From Massilicoli timonensis (GTDB taxonomy: Bacteria > Bacillota_I > Bacilli_A > Erysipelotrichales > Erysipelotrichaceae), in NCBI RefSeq assembly GCF_900199515.1, contig NZ_LT963434.1:333272-365271 (forward strand): a DNA stretch of 32,000 nt, in the 5' to 3' direction. The notes under the pieces were generated by a model. That model saw nothing but the letters and a program-made list of their open reading frames with translations, did not search any database and was not told where the DNA came from. Each line of letters starts with the position of its first letter. The stretch's first letter is position 1. A program made the translations under genes and the position numbers. Below are positions 9,012-18,017 of this stretch, piece after piece.

Positions 9012-10165
9012 ACGTTTGCTCCTTTCTTGTACGCACGAACGATCGCGCGCGCCAAAGCATCGCTTTGCTCTAACTGCGCAAGCGTCGGCGAAGCGATATA
9101 AGGCACTTCATCAACTGCCTTCTTTACCGCTGCTTCGATCTCTAAAAAAGTAATCTCATGATTAAGAAAAAGCCGTACGGCTTCTTCATCGGCACCGTTT
9201 AATACCGCGCCCATGTTTCCTTTTCGTTTTCCCACCTCATAAGCAAGCGCCAGCAGCGGAAAACGCTTAAAATCCATTTCCCGAAACGTCAGTTCCTTTA
9301 ATGCCGCAAGATCCAAACGATTGTCCTGTTTCATCGTTTCACGATGCGGATACGTTAGTGCATACTGAATCGGAATACGCATATCTGCCGTTCCCAGCTG
9401 TGCCATAATGGCATGATCGCGATACTCCACAAAAGAGTGGACAATGCTTTGCGGATGAATGATCGTATCGATTTTTTCATAAGGCAGATCAAAAAGATAA
9501 TGTGCTTCGATCACTTCAAAGCCTTTGTTCATCATCGTAGCTGAATCTATTGTGATGCGGCCGCCCATTTTCCAGTTTGGGTGCGCCAGCGCTTCCTCCA
9601 CGCTGACATTTTGTAACTGCTCCCGCGTTCGATCACGAAAACTGCCGCCGCTTGCCGTAATGATCAAGCGTTCCACTTCACTTGTCTGATTGCCCTGCAG
9701 GCACTGAAAGATCGCACTGTGCTCAGAATCGATCGGATACAGGATACCTTTGGACGCACGCAAGGCTTCCTTTACCAGTTCGCCTCCTGCCACCAGCGAT
9801 TCTTTATTCGCCAAAGCCAGATGTTTATTCGCTTTGATTGCCGCCAGGGTTGGCTTTAGCCCACGAAACCCCACCAAGGCATTGACGACGATATCCGCCT
9901 GCGCAAGCGTTGCCAAATGACAAAGACCTTCGTTTCCATAATAGAAATTGACATCGGGATAGCGCAGCGCCAAGTCCATCGCATCACTTTCTTTCGCAAC
10001 GGCAACTTCTTTGATCGGCCAGCGCTTCAATAATTCATGAAGCCTCTCTATATTATGACCGACGCTGTATGCGACGATCGTAAACTGATCACGGTGCTGC
10101 TCGATCACATCGACCGTCTGCATGCCGATCGAACCGCTGACACCTAATATCACGACCCGTTTCAT
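9008..10165 (-). CDS. dxr: 1-deoxy-D-xylulose 5-phosphate reductoisomerase
   Basis: 385 aa. ILGVSGSIGMQT NADPH-binding N-terminus, LANKESLV, DSEHSAIFQC, and HPNWKMGGRITIDSATMMNKG. Confidence 0.95.
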   Translation of the reverse strand: MKRVVILGVSGSIGMQTVDVIEQHRDQFTIVAYSVGHNIERLHELLKRWPIKEVAVAKESDAMDLALRYPDVNFYYGNEGLCHLATLAQADIVVNALVGFRGLKPTLAAIKANKHLALANKESLVAGGELVKEALRASKGILYPIDSEHSAIFQCLQGNQTSEVERLIITASGGSFRDRTREQLQNVSVEEALAHPNWKMGGRITIDSATMMNKGFEVIEAHYLFDLPYEKIDTIIHPQSIVHSFVEYRDHAIMAQLGTADMRIPIQYALTYPHRETMKQDNRLDLAALKELTFREMDFKRFPLLALAYEVGKRKGNMGAVLNGADEEAVRLFLNHEITFLEIEAAVKKAVDEVPYIASPTLAQLEQSDALARAIVRAYKKGANV

Positions 10166-10950
10166 ACGCCCATCACCACCAATAACGCATAAAAGACCAC
10201 AAAATTAAAGACGAGCGAATCAATGCGATCCAATACGCCGCCATGTCCCGGCAGCAGTGAAGAAAAGTCTTTGATGCCATAGGAGCGCTTGATTGCCGAA
10301 AAAGCCAGATCACCGATCTGTGCGCTGAATGGCAAGATCATCGAAGCAAGCAAACGCGCCCACAGCGGAAAACCGCCTAAATCCACACAGCATGCGAACA
10401 GAAAGGCGCCGATGCAAGCCACAAGCCACCCGCCGATCGCTCCCTCCAGCGTTTTTTTCGGAGAAATGCGCGGACACAGCTTATGCTTGCCAAACAAGGA
10501 GCCGCAGAAGAAAGCTGCCGTATCACACAGATAGGTCGCAATCGCCATAAACCAAAAATACAGCGGATCTTTGGCATATAGTTTCAAAAAGCTCATTCCG
10601 AATAAATAAAAGATACATAAATAAACACTGAGCAAAAATACATCACGCCCATCGACCGCTTTCGAAATGACCGGCATGCTCATCGCAAGCAGCACCATGA
10701 CGCCGAGCAAAGGAAAGGCCAGTTTCTCTGATACGCCAAACAATAATGCCCAGACAAATAAAATTTCCATGGGAATGAGCCATTTCGGCCACTTCCTGAC
10801 ATTTTCAGACAAGCCCAGCAGTTCATATCCGCCGCTTAAAACGATAAACGCCGCTAATAAATCTAACCAGATCCCGCCTAAGACTAAAGGGGGAATCACT
10901 ATGGCGATAATCGCAAACGAAGTAATCACTCTTACCTTTATACTACTCAT
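10162..10950 (-). CDS. cdsA: Phosphatidate cytidylyltransferase (CDP-diglyceride synthase)
   Basis: Multi-TM protein with the C-terminal signature SAIKRSYGIKDFSSLLPGHGGVLDRIDS. I start at MSSIKVRV (ATG 10948-10950), which overlaps the uppS stop (GATGAGTAG) and has GGAGGA upstream. The listed 11022 start would overlap uppS by 80 nt. Confidence 0.9.
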   Translation of the reverse strand: MSSIKVRVITSFAIIAIVIPPLVLGGIWLDLLAAFIVLSGGYELLGLSENVRKWPKWLIPMEILFVWALLFGVSEKLAFPLLGVMVLLAMSMPVISKAVDGRDVFLLSVYLCIFYLFGMSFLKLYAKDPLYFWFMAIATYLCDTAAFFCGSLFGKHKLCPRISPKKTLEGAIGGWLVACIGAFLFACCVDLGGFPLWARLLASMILPFSAQIGDLAFSAIKRSYGIKDFSSLLPGHGGVLDRIDSLVFNFVVFYALLVVMGV

Positions 10951-11656
10951 CCTGCAATCCTCCAAATCTGCGGTTACGCTTTCTAAATTCCGCAAGCGCC
11001 TCATCCAAACACGCTTCATCAAACTGCGGCCAGGAAACCGGCGTAAAGATCAATTCCGCATAAGCTAACTGCCACAGTAAAAAATTACTGATCCTGTATT
11101 CTCCGCTGGTACGGATCAATAAATCCAGTTCCGGCAGATCATTGGTCATCAGATAACGAGCAAAGTCGCTTTCCTCTAAAGGAAGCATCGTTTTGGCTTC
11201 CAGCACTTCCTTCGCATACTGTTTCACACCTAATAAGATTTCCCGTCTTGACCCGTAATTGACAGCCAGACACAGTTTTAATCCTGTATTGTGCTTGGTT
11301 TTTTCCACCGCTGATAAAATGACGTTCTGGGTATCGGCAGGAAATCGCTCGACTTCTCCCAAATAGCGCACCTGTATATTATTCTCAATCAATTCCTTCA
11401 AATACCGCTCAAAGAAAAAGCGCGGCAATTTACATAAATAATCAACTTCCTGTTCAGGCCGTTTCCAGTTTTCGGTGGAAAACGCATAAAGGGTCAAAGC
11501 TTCAATGCCTCGTTCATTGCATGCGATCGCAATTTTACGAATATTCTCTGCTCCCTGCTTATGTCCGGCAGTCCGCGGCAATCCCTTGCTTTTCGCCCAT
11601 CTGCCATTACCATCCATTATGATTGCAAGATGTCTTGGCATCTTCGCCTGTTCCAT
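10943..11656 (-). CDS. uppS: Undecaprenyl (isoprenyl) diphosphate synthase
   Basis: 237 aa. HLAIIMDGNGRWA, LTLYAFSTENWKRP, IRTSGEYRISNFLLWQLAYAEL. AGGAGTGA RBS. Confidence 0.95.
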   Translation of the reverse strand: MEQAKMPRHLAIIMDGNGRWAKSKGLPRTAGHKQGAENIRKIAIACNERGIEALTLYAFSTENWKRPEQEVDYLCKLPRFFFERYLKELIENNIQVRYLGEVERFPADTQNVILSAVEKTKHNTGLKLCLAVNYGSRREILLGVKQYAKEVLEAKTMLPLEESDFARYLMTNDLPELDLLIRTSGEYRISNFLLWQLAYAELIFTPVSWPQFDEACLDEALAEFRKRNRRFGGLQDE

Positions 11657-11683
11657 ACCATCACTCCTAAAAATAACATCTTA

Positions 11684-11712
11684 AGTATAATTCAATTTAC
11701 GTCCGATGGCAA
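11684..11712 (-). promoter_or_regulatory. Candidate sigma-A promoter of the uppS-cdsA-dxr-rseP operon
   Basis: On the reverse strand: TTGCCA (11707-11712), 17-bp spacer, TATACT (11684-11689). Confidence 0.5.
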
Positions 11713-11797
11713 CTGTTTATCACTGTGCGCCAGTTATTTCACACGCATTTGCGGATGTTTTTACATAAAAAACTTTCTTTTCCCATTTGCCTTGCTT

Positions 11798-11824
11798 CAA
11801 GAGAAAAGACCGCATCAGCGATCT
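11798..11824 (-). terminator. Rho-independent terminator of frr
   Basis: On the reverse strand: AGATCGC-tgat-GCGGTCT (7 bp with one G-U) followed by TTTTCTCTT. It begins 7 nt after the frr stop. Confidence 0.6.
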
Positions 11825-11831
11825 TTATTTC

Positions 11832-12377
11832 CTAGATAGATAAGATTTCCTTGGCTTTTGCTTCTACGACCTCATCGATCTTCTTGATGTAGCGATCCGT
11901 TAATTTCTGTACCTCTTCCTGTCCCTGTTTCGCTTCATCTTCCGTAAACTCTTTATTTTTCTTGATCGCATCGTTGGCGTCGCGTCTTGCCATACGAATC
12001 GCCACTTTTGCTTCTTCACCGAATTTATGCGCATCCTTCGCAAATTCTTTACGGCGTTCTTCGGTCAATGGCGGAATATTGATGCGGATCACATCACCGT
12101 CGTTTTGCGGCGCCACTCCCAGATCACACATGGAAATCGCGCGTTCCATTTCTTTCAGAACACTTTTGTCGTATGGTTTTACCACTAACTGGCGTCCTTC
12201 TACTACGGAAATGCCCGCCAACTGGTTCAATGGCATTTCACTGCCATAATAGGATACGCTGACCCGATCCAAAATCGCCGGATTGGCACGACCGGTACGA
12301 ATGGTCTTCAGTGCGCCTTCTAAGGAAGCAACTGCCTTTTCCATCTTTTCTTCTGCACTCAATAAAATCATTTCCAT
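11832..12377 (-). CDS. frr: Ribosome recycling factor
   Basis: 181 aa. TIRTGRANPAILDRV, LNQLAGISVVEGRQLVVKPYD and IRMARRDAND match the typical RRF pattern. The AGGAGA RBS overlaps the pyrH stop. Confidence 0.95.
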   Translation of the reverse strand: MEMILLSAEEKMEKAVASLEGALKTIRTGRANPAILDRVSVSYYGSEMPLNQLAGISVVEGRQLVVKPYDKSVLKEMERAISMCDLGVAPQNDGDVIRINIPPLTEERRKEFAKDAHKFGEEAKVAIRMARRDANDAIKKNKEFTEDEAKQGQEEVQKLTDRYIKKIDEVVEAKAKEILSI

Positions 12378-12388
12378 ATCTTATTCTC

Positions 12389-13096
12389 CTATTCTTTTGA
12401 AATAACAGTGCCTGCGATCTCACCGCGCACTGCCTTTAATATATTACCGCGTTCATTCATGTTAAATACGACCAAGTCAATATCATTATCCATACACATC
12501 GAAGTAGCAGTCGTATCCATGACCGTCAGTCCCTGCTGAATCAGATCCATATACGTCAAACGATCATATTTGGTGGCATTGGGATTGGTGCGAGGATCAT
12601 CATTATAGACACCATCTACACCGTTTTTCGCCATTAAGATCACATCAGCACGGATTTCACTGGCACGCAGCGCCGCCGTCGTATCAGTAGAAAAATAAGG
12701 ATTGCCGGTACCGGCACCGAAGATCACGATCCGTCCCTTTTCCAAATGACGCAATGCCCGCCTTACGATAAAAGGCTCCGCCACTTTCTGCATTTCCACT
12801 GCGGTCTGCACCCGGGTCGGCACACCTTCCTGCTCTAATGCGCTTTGTACCGCCAGTGCATTGATGACCGTCGCCAACATGCCCATATAATCAGCCTGCA
12901 CCCGTTCAATACCGATCTGCTCTGCCATCTTCCCGCGAATGAAATTACCGCCGCCGACCACAATCGCGATCTCAATGCCAAGTGCGGCACATTCCTTCAG
13001 TTCCGCCGCTAAATTACGCAGCACCTTCGGATCAAATGGATTCCCCGGCGAAGACAGCGCTTCACCGCTTAATTTCAATAGCACACGTTTATACAT
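12389..13096 (-). CDS. pyrH: UMP kinase
   Basis: 235 aa. [42 protein letters not shown]. Confidence 0.95.
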   Translation of the reverse strand: MYKRVLLKLSGEALSSPGNPFDPKVLRNLAAELKECAALGIEIAIVVGGGNFIRGKMAEQIGIERVQADYMGMLATVINALAVQSALEQEGVPTRVQTAVEMQKVAEPFIVRRALRHLEKGRIVIFGAGTGNPYFSTDTTAALRASEIRADVILMAKNGVDGVYNDDPRTNPNATKYDRLTYMDLIQQGLTVMDTTATSMCMDNDIDLVVFNMNERGNILKAVRGEIAGTVISKE

Positions 13097-13125
13097 ATTG
13101 TTCTCCTTTGTTTTCTCTACTAGAC

Positions 13126-13154
13126 ATTATAACAGATTTTAGATGATACCAAAA
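13126..13154 (-). promoter_or_regulatory. Candidate extended -10 promoter for pyrH-frr
   Basis: The reverse strand reads TGTTATAAT (13126-13134). The -35 is weak or ambiguous: TTGGTA at a 15-bp spacing or TTTTGG at 17 bp. Confidence 0.4.
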
Positions 13155-13185
13155 CTATTACTTCTCACTTTTTGCGCAATTCCCT

Positions 13186-13225
13186 AAAAAAAAGAGTACA
13201 TGGATCCAGCGGTACTCTTTTTTCA
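13186..13225 (-). terminator. Rho-independent terminator of tsf (A/T flanked)
   Basis: On the reverse strand: AAAAAAGAGTAC-cgctggatccat-GTACTCTTTTTTTT, starting 10 nt after the tsf stop. Confidence 0.7.
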
Positions 13226-13234
13226 TTTTTTCGA

Positions 13235-14122
13235 CTATTTGCCGAATGCCTGGCTCATTACTTCTTCGATAAAGTTATCTTCTTTCTTTTCGATTCCTTC
13301 TCCTACGGCAAAGCGTACAAATGAAACAACGCTTGCTTTGTTCTCTTTTACATACTGAGACACTTTCAGATCCGGATTCTTAAAGAATTCCTGGTCATTC
13401 AAACAGTAATCCTTGAACGTCTTGGTGATCTTACCGTTTAAGATGTTTTCCAGCACTTTTTCCGGTTTGCCGGCCATTTTCGGATCATTTTTCATGATTT
13501 CCATCTGCACTTCGCGTTCATGATCCATATCTGCCTGCGGTACATCGCTTTGAGAAATGTATTTCGGTGCCATGGAAGCGATCTGCATCGCAACGTCTTT
13601 GGCAACCTCTTCATTGCCGCCTTTTAATACGGATAATGCGGAGATCTTACCGCCCATGTGCATATAAGCGCCAAATACTTCATCATCGGCTTTTGTTACC
13701 GTTTCAATACGACGCAGCGTGATCTTCTCACCGATCGTCGCCGTTGCATCAGTAATCAGCGACTCTACGCTCGCACCGTTTACCGATACTTGCAGCGCTT
13801 CTTCCAAAGTAGCCGGTTTTGCCTGTAAGAACGCATTTTTCAGTGTTTCCAGCAGATCTAAGAACTGGTCGTTCTTCGCTACGAAGTCCGTTTCCGAGTT
13901 CACTTCGAAGATCACTGCGGTATTGCCTTCCACCGCTACGCGGCTCAAGCCTTCCGCTGCGATTCTGCCCGCTTTCTTCGCTGCCTTGGCAATCCCTTTT
14001 TCACGCAGCCAGTCTACCGCTTTTTCAAGATCGCCATCTGTTTCGGTCAATGCTTTTTTGCAGTCCATCATGCCTGCACCGGTTTTTTCACGTAATTCTT
14101 TTACTAAGCTTGCAGTAATCAT
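13235..14122 (-). CDS. tsf: Translation elongation factor Ts
   Basis: 295 aa. The N-terminal UBA-like LVKELREKTGAGMMDCKKAL is diagnostic of EF-Ts. Confidence 0.95.
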   Translation of the reverse strand: MITASLVKELREKTGAGMMDCKKALTETDGDLEKAVDWLREKGIAKAAKKAGRIAAEGLSRVAVEGNTAVIFEVNSETDFVAKNDQFLDLLETLKNAFLQAKPATLEEALQVSVNGASVESLITDATATIGEKITLRRIETVTKADDEVFGAYMHMGGKISALSVLKGGNEEVAKDVAMQIASMAPKYISQSDVPQADMDHEREVQMEIMKNDPKMAGKPEKVLENILNGKITKTFKDYCLNDQEFFKNPDLKVSQYVKENKASVVSFVRFAVGEGIEKKEDNFIEEVMSQAFGK

Positions 14123-14138
14123 CGTTATTTCCTCCTGA

Positions 14139-15083
14139 TTATTCAGCAGTTTCTGCCGTTTCTTTTACTTCTTCGGCTGTTTCCGTCGCTTCGCTCTTCA
14201 CCGCTTCAGCGTTGTTTTCTCGTTTCGTAAACGGCGCTTTCGGACGGCGGTTCTTGTCATAAGGACGACGGTTGCGGCGTTCTTCATTGCGCTGACGACG
14301 ACGTCTTTCATTTTCCGCAATCTGTTCTTCCACATTGATGATAACGTCTTTCATCGTTACATCTGCTTCATTTTCATCGATGTCGTGCGCAACGCTCAGC
14401 AAGCCGCCTTTTGCCTCAACGATGGCATCCGCCATCAGCGTGATGATCAGTTTTACCGAACGTAACGCATCATCGTTAGATGCGATCGGATAATCTACTA
14501 CTTCCGGATCACAGTTTGTATCTACCATCGCAAATACCGGAATACCCAATTTCTTCGCTTCCGCTACCGCGTTGTGTTCTTCTTTTGGATCTACGACAAA
14601 TACCGCATCCGGCAGTTTCTTCATTTCTTTGATACCGCCTAAGAAGTTTTCCAAGCGTGCTTTCTGCTTGCGGATCTGTGCGATTTCTTTCTTCGGATAA
14701 ATTTCCAGCGTACCGTTTGCTTCCATCTCTTCGATTTCGATCAGACGGCGCACCCGTTTCTGGATCGTGCGGTAGTTCGTAAGCAGACCGCCCAGCCATC
14801 TTTGATTTACATAGAAAGATCCGGAACGCAGCGCTTCTTCCACGACAACGCCCTGTGCCTGTTTTTTCGTACCGACAAACAATACTTTTCCGCCGTTTTC
14901 TGCGATCGTCTTCATCGCGTTGTACGCTACTTCGATCTGTTCCTGTGTCTTTTCCAGGTTAATGATGTAAACACCATTTCTTGAAGCATAAATGTTCGGT
15001 TTCATCTTCGGATTCCAGCGACGTGTCTGGTGTCCGAAATGAACACCTGCTTCTAATAATTTCTTCATTGAAACAACTGTCAT
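14139..15083 (-). CDS. rpsB: 30S ribosomal protein S2 with a long charged C-terminal tail
   Basis: 314 aa. [19 protein letters not shown] and [32 protein letters not shown]. The last ~85 aa are an R/E/K/T-rich extension. Confidence 0.95.
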   Translation of the reverse strand: MTVVSMKKLLEAGVHFGHQTRRWNPKMKPNIYASRNGVYIINLEKTQEQIEVAYNAMKTIAENGGKVLFVGTKKQAQGVVVEEALRSGSFYVNQRWLGGLLTNYRTIQKRVRRLIEIEEMEANGTLEIYPKKEIAQIRKQKARLENFLGGIKEMKKLPDAVFVVDPKEEHNAVAEAKKLGIPVFAMVDTNCDPEVVDYPIASNDDALRSVKLIITLMADAIVEAKGGLLSVAHDIDENEADVTMKDVIINVEEQIAENERRRRQRNEERRNRRPYDKNRRPKAPFTKRENNAEAVKSEATETAEEVKETAETAE

Positions 15084-15203
15084 TTTATAATTTCCTCCAT
15101 TTCCGTTGTACCTCCACCACTTCTGACATCAGCAACCTCAAATAATTTGAAGCACGGGCCGATGAATCCATGGTGTGTGAAGTGTGCTTTTGCACCGTAT
15201 AAG

Positions 15204-15232
15204 ATAATATCACAAAAAAACGGCAATTACAA
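15204..15232 (-). promoter_or_regulatory. Sigma-A promoter of rpsB-tsf
   Basis: On the reverse strand: TTGTAA (15227-15232), a 17-bp spacer ending in TGa, then TATTAT (15204-15209), with an AT-rich upstream flank. It implies a 5' leader of about 115 nt. Confidence 0.6.
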
Positions 15233-15353
15233 TGATAAAATCAGATGTTTTGGGCTTTTTTGATGGATTTGTCGCTGTGGGAGCGATGTGTTTGATCCTG
15301 TTTTGTCAAGACTTCAAAAAACATAGGAAACTTCTTTGAAAACAAGAGTTCGC

Positions 15354-16928
15354 TTATAAATGCAGCTGAAAGTCGCCGAAATCATAGATGCCGCTGCCTT
15401 GTACGCAAACACCTCTCGCTTTTAACTGTTCGAAAGCAGCGTCGATCTTTCCAATCACATCCGGGGATATACGCAATGTATTATGACCGGGACGAATGGT
15501 CTTGACATCGAATGCAGCAAGTTTTTTGATCGATGAAGCAAACGCATGCGGATCCGTTGTCGGATAAAACATATCCAGCTTTCCAAGATAGATCAGATCG
15601 CCGCTGTAAAGCGTTTGGCGCGTCGCCTCATAATAACAGACATGTCCCGGCGAATGACCCGGTGTATGGATGACCTGAATACGGCGATTGCCTAAATCGA
15701 TGATTTCACCATCTTGCAACAAATGATCTGCTTCTCCCTGATAGATCGCATAGTTTTCTAAATGAAACGCGGCGGGATAATCACATGGTTCTTTAGTCAG
15801 CTGCTCTTTGATCGCTTCTGATGAAAGTGGATAATGCTTGAGCCACGACGCTTCGTCATGATAGAGCAGTCGTTCATCAAAGTCGCCGTAAGCACCCATA
15901 TGATCCCAGTGCGCATGGGTCAAAGTAACGACGATCGGCACATCGCAAAGCTTAGAAACTACCTGCGATAATTCGCCGACCCCAAGTCCGCAGTCGATGA
16001 GCAGCGCCCGTTTTTCTCCAACCAGCAGATAACTGTGTGGATTTTCATAATGCTTCGGTTCACTGATACACCACGTATTTTTCTCTAACTGCCGCACCGT
16101 AAACCAGTCCTTCTGCCGCTGCATATGCACCATGATCCATTTCGCCACCCCATCTTCCTCATTGCTGAGGATGACCTCATCTGCCTGCTTTTTTACCGCC
16201 TCCAAGGCATTGCCCATGGCACAGGCATAATCACTTGCCGCAAACAAAGAAAGATCATTTAGACTGTCGCCAAAGCAAATGACTTCGGTAATCCCCATCA
16301 GCTTGCGGCATGCCTTGATCGCTTCCCCTTTCCCCGCTTGGGCGCTCATCACCTCCAGCCACATCGCATCGCTGTAATGATCCTTTTGATAAACGACATG
16401 GAAACGTGGATCCGCTTTTAAGCGCTCATATAGATCTGCCAGTCTATCATCGCCGATCATCGTCACATAAAACAGTGAACCGCTGAAAAGATCTTGCGAA
16501 GATGCAACCGGATGATCGCGCACATCGCCTTTTCGCGTATCGAGAAATGACCTAGTTGCGTCATTGATAAGAGCGGGATGATAAGAATAGAACTCTTGGT
16601 CGCCATGGCAGGCATAACAAATCGGTTCTATCCGATACTGCGTCAATAGTCTTTTCAGATCCGCACAAGCATCTTCACTGAAAAAATGTTCGATCACTCG
16701 CTTCCCGCTTCGGCAGTCGATCACAAAAGCGCCGTTATACACGATCGCAAACGTACATGACAAACCGGCGGTAACTTTTTGTGCCGTATGATAAGAGCGC
16801 GCCGTCGCATAGGCAAACACACCACCATTTTCTTGCAAAGCATGCAGCAGAGCCTTGGTATCATCTGACAGCGTTTCATCATTATGTAAAAGCGTACCGT
16901 CTAGATCCGATACATACAGTGTCCTCAT
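15354..16928 (-). CDS. Two-domain protein: N-terminal Cof-type HAD-IIB phosphatase fused to a C-terminal metallo-beta-lactamase-fold hydrolase
   Basis: 524 aa in a single uninterrupted frame. HAD motifs are DLDGTLL, ATARS, AGKG and GDSLNDLS (about aa 1-265). MBL motifs are LTHAHWDHMG (HxHxDH), HTPGHSPGH, SGDLIY and RPGH (about aa 275-524). GGGAGG RBS. Confidence 0.8.
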   Translation of the reverse strand: MRTLYVSDLDGTLLHNDETLSDDTKALLHALQENGGVFAYATARSYHTAQKVTAGLSCTFAIVYNGAFVIDCRSGKRVIEHFFSEDACADLKRLLTQYRIEPICYACHGDQEFYSYHPALINDATRSFLDTRKGDVRDHPVASSQDLFSGSLFYVTMIGDDRLADLYERLKADPRFHVVYQKDHYSDAMWLEVMSAQAGKGEAIKACRKLMGITEVICFGDSLNDLSLFAASDYACAMGNALEAVKKQADEVILSNEEDGVAKWIMVHMQRQKDWFTVRQLEKNTWCISEPKHYENPHSYLLVGEKRALLIDCGLGVGELSQVVSKLCDVPIVVTLTHAHWDHMGAYGDFDERLLYHDEASWLKHYPLSSEAIKEQLTKEPCDYPAAFHLENYAIYQGEADHLLQDGEIIDLGNRRIQVIHTPGHSPGHVCYYEATRQTLYSGDLIYLGKLDMFYPTTDPHAFASSIKKLAAFDVKTIRPGHNTLRISPDVIGKIDAAFEQLKARGVCVQGSGIYDFGDFQLHL

Positions 16929-16980
16929 TGATAGCCGCCTCCCTTTCTCATCGCCTCATACGAATATTCCTTTTTTTCTT

Positions 16981-16989
16981 ATTATAGCA
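16981..16989 (-). promoter_or_regulatory. Candidate extended -10 promoter (TGcTATAAT) for the HAD::MBL gene
   Basis: The reverse strand reads TGCTATAAT about 50 nt upstream of the ATG. The -35 is poor. A GTGC-g-GCAC palindrome sits where the -35 would be. Confidence 0.35.
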
Positions 16990-17013
16990 CAGTAAGCTTG
17001 TGCGGCACATGCC

Positions 17014-17096
17014 ATAAAAAACCTGCTGATCGAATTTCATCTTTCAACAGGACCCAATCATTCCTGTTTTCGAAAGATAGCTATTCTAAAGCAGGT
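17014..17096 (-). terminator. Long compound hairpin plus U-tract downstream of xerC (probable terminator)
   Basis: On the reverse strand, directly after the stop: ACCTGCT ... CTTTC-gaa-AACAGGA-atgattggg-TCCTGTT-GAAAG ... AGCAGGT followed by TTTTTTAT. The outer stem is 7 bp, the inner stem 12 bp with a 3-nt bulge, and a 13x13-nt internal loop separates them. Confidence 0.5.
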
Positions 17097-18017
17097 TTAT
17101 TGCTTCGCGCGCGGATGGGCGCTTTCATAAGTGGATTGTAAACGTCCGGCAGATACGTGGACATAAATTTGTGTCGTGGAAAGCGAGCTGTGCCCGAGCA
17201 ATTCCTGAACGACGCGCAAATCAGCGCCATTGTCTAAAAGATGTGTCGCAAAGCTGTGGCGAAACATATGCGGATGCAAATGCATATTCATGCCGATCTT
17301 GCGTGCATGCGCATCCATGAGATATTGTACGCCGCGGCTGGTCAATGGTTTGCCACGCTGATTGATAAAGACGATCTCATGCGTATCGGCGCCCATCCAC
17401 TTCACCCGCACCTCATGCAGATAGCGAAGCAGTTTTGTCTTTGCCAGATCATAAAACGGAACGATGCGCTGCTTGTCGCCTTTACCGGTTATCCGTACCA
17501 GCTGATGATCGAAATCGATCGCATCGAGCCGCAAAGAGATCACTTCGCTGACCCGCAAACCGCATGCGTACATGAGTTCAAACATGGCACGATTGCGAAT
17601 ATCCGCATCCTTTTGTTCATCAAAGCTGTCTAAAAACAATTCCATTTCATCTAAAAACAGAAATTCAGGGATCCGTTTTGCTTTCTTAGGCGCTTTCAGA
17701 TAAAGAAACGGATTGACGGAAACTTCGCCATATTCATTCAAATAGCGATAAAAAGAACGAAGTGCGGAAAGATGGCGGGCAATGGTCGTCGCTTTGATTT
17801 CTTTTCCAGTTTCGGGACGATCTCGCAAATAGGCAATATACTCCATGACCGTATTGCGGTCAGGTTCATGCAGATCGTGATAGCCCTCTTTTTCCAAAAA
17901 GCGGAAATAGGATGACAGATCTCGCCGATAAGCGTCAAGCGTGTGGGAAGAACCGGTATTGGCTTGGTAGCAGTGCTTTAAGAAGCGCTCCATCGCATCA
18001 GTTGCTTTCGCATTCAT
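17097..18017 (-). CDS. xerC: Tyrosine site-specific recombinase XerC/CodV type
   Basis: 306 aa. Catalytic motifs ACGLRVSE (R), [12 protein letters not shown] (HxxR) and [14 protein letters not shown] (Y). It holds the conserved topA-trmFO-xerC position. The start is uncertain: 18017 overlaps trmFO by 20 nt, and the alternative Met is at 17993. Confidence 0.85.
   Translation of the reverse strand: MNAKATDAMERFLKHCYQANTGSSHTLDAYRRDLSSYFRFLEKEGYHDLHEPDRNTVMEYIAYLRDRPETGKEIKATTIARHLSALRSFYRYLNEYGEVSVNPFLYLKAPKKAKRIPEFLFLDEMELFLDSFDEQKDADIRNRAMFELMYACGLRVSEVISLRLDAIDFDHQLVRITGKGDKQRIVPFYDLAKTKLLRYLHEVRVKWMGADTHEIVFINQRGKPLTSRGVQYLMDAHARKIGMNMHLHPHMFRHSFATHLLDNGADLRVVQELLGHSSLSTTQIYVHVSAGRLQSTYESAHPRAKQ

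Noticed and set aside
17097-18017. The tyrosine recombinase, considered as a marker of an integrated mobile element or prophage boundary.
   Set aside because: It sits in the conserved topA-trmFO-xerC(codV) housekeeping arrangement and overlaps trmFO. No flanking direct repeats, att-like sequences, tRNA or phage/IS genes are visible. It is the chromosomal dimer-resolution recombinase.
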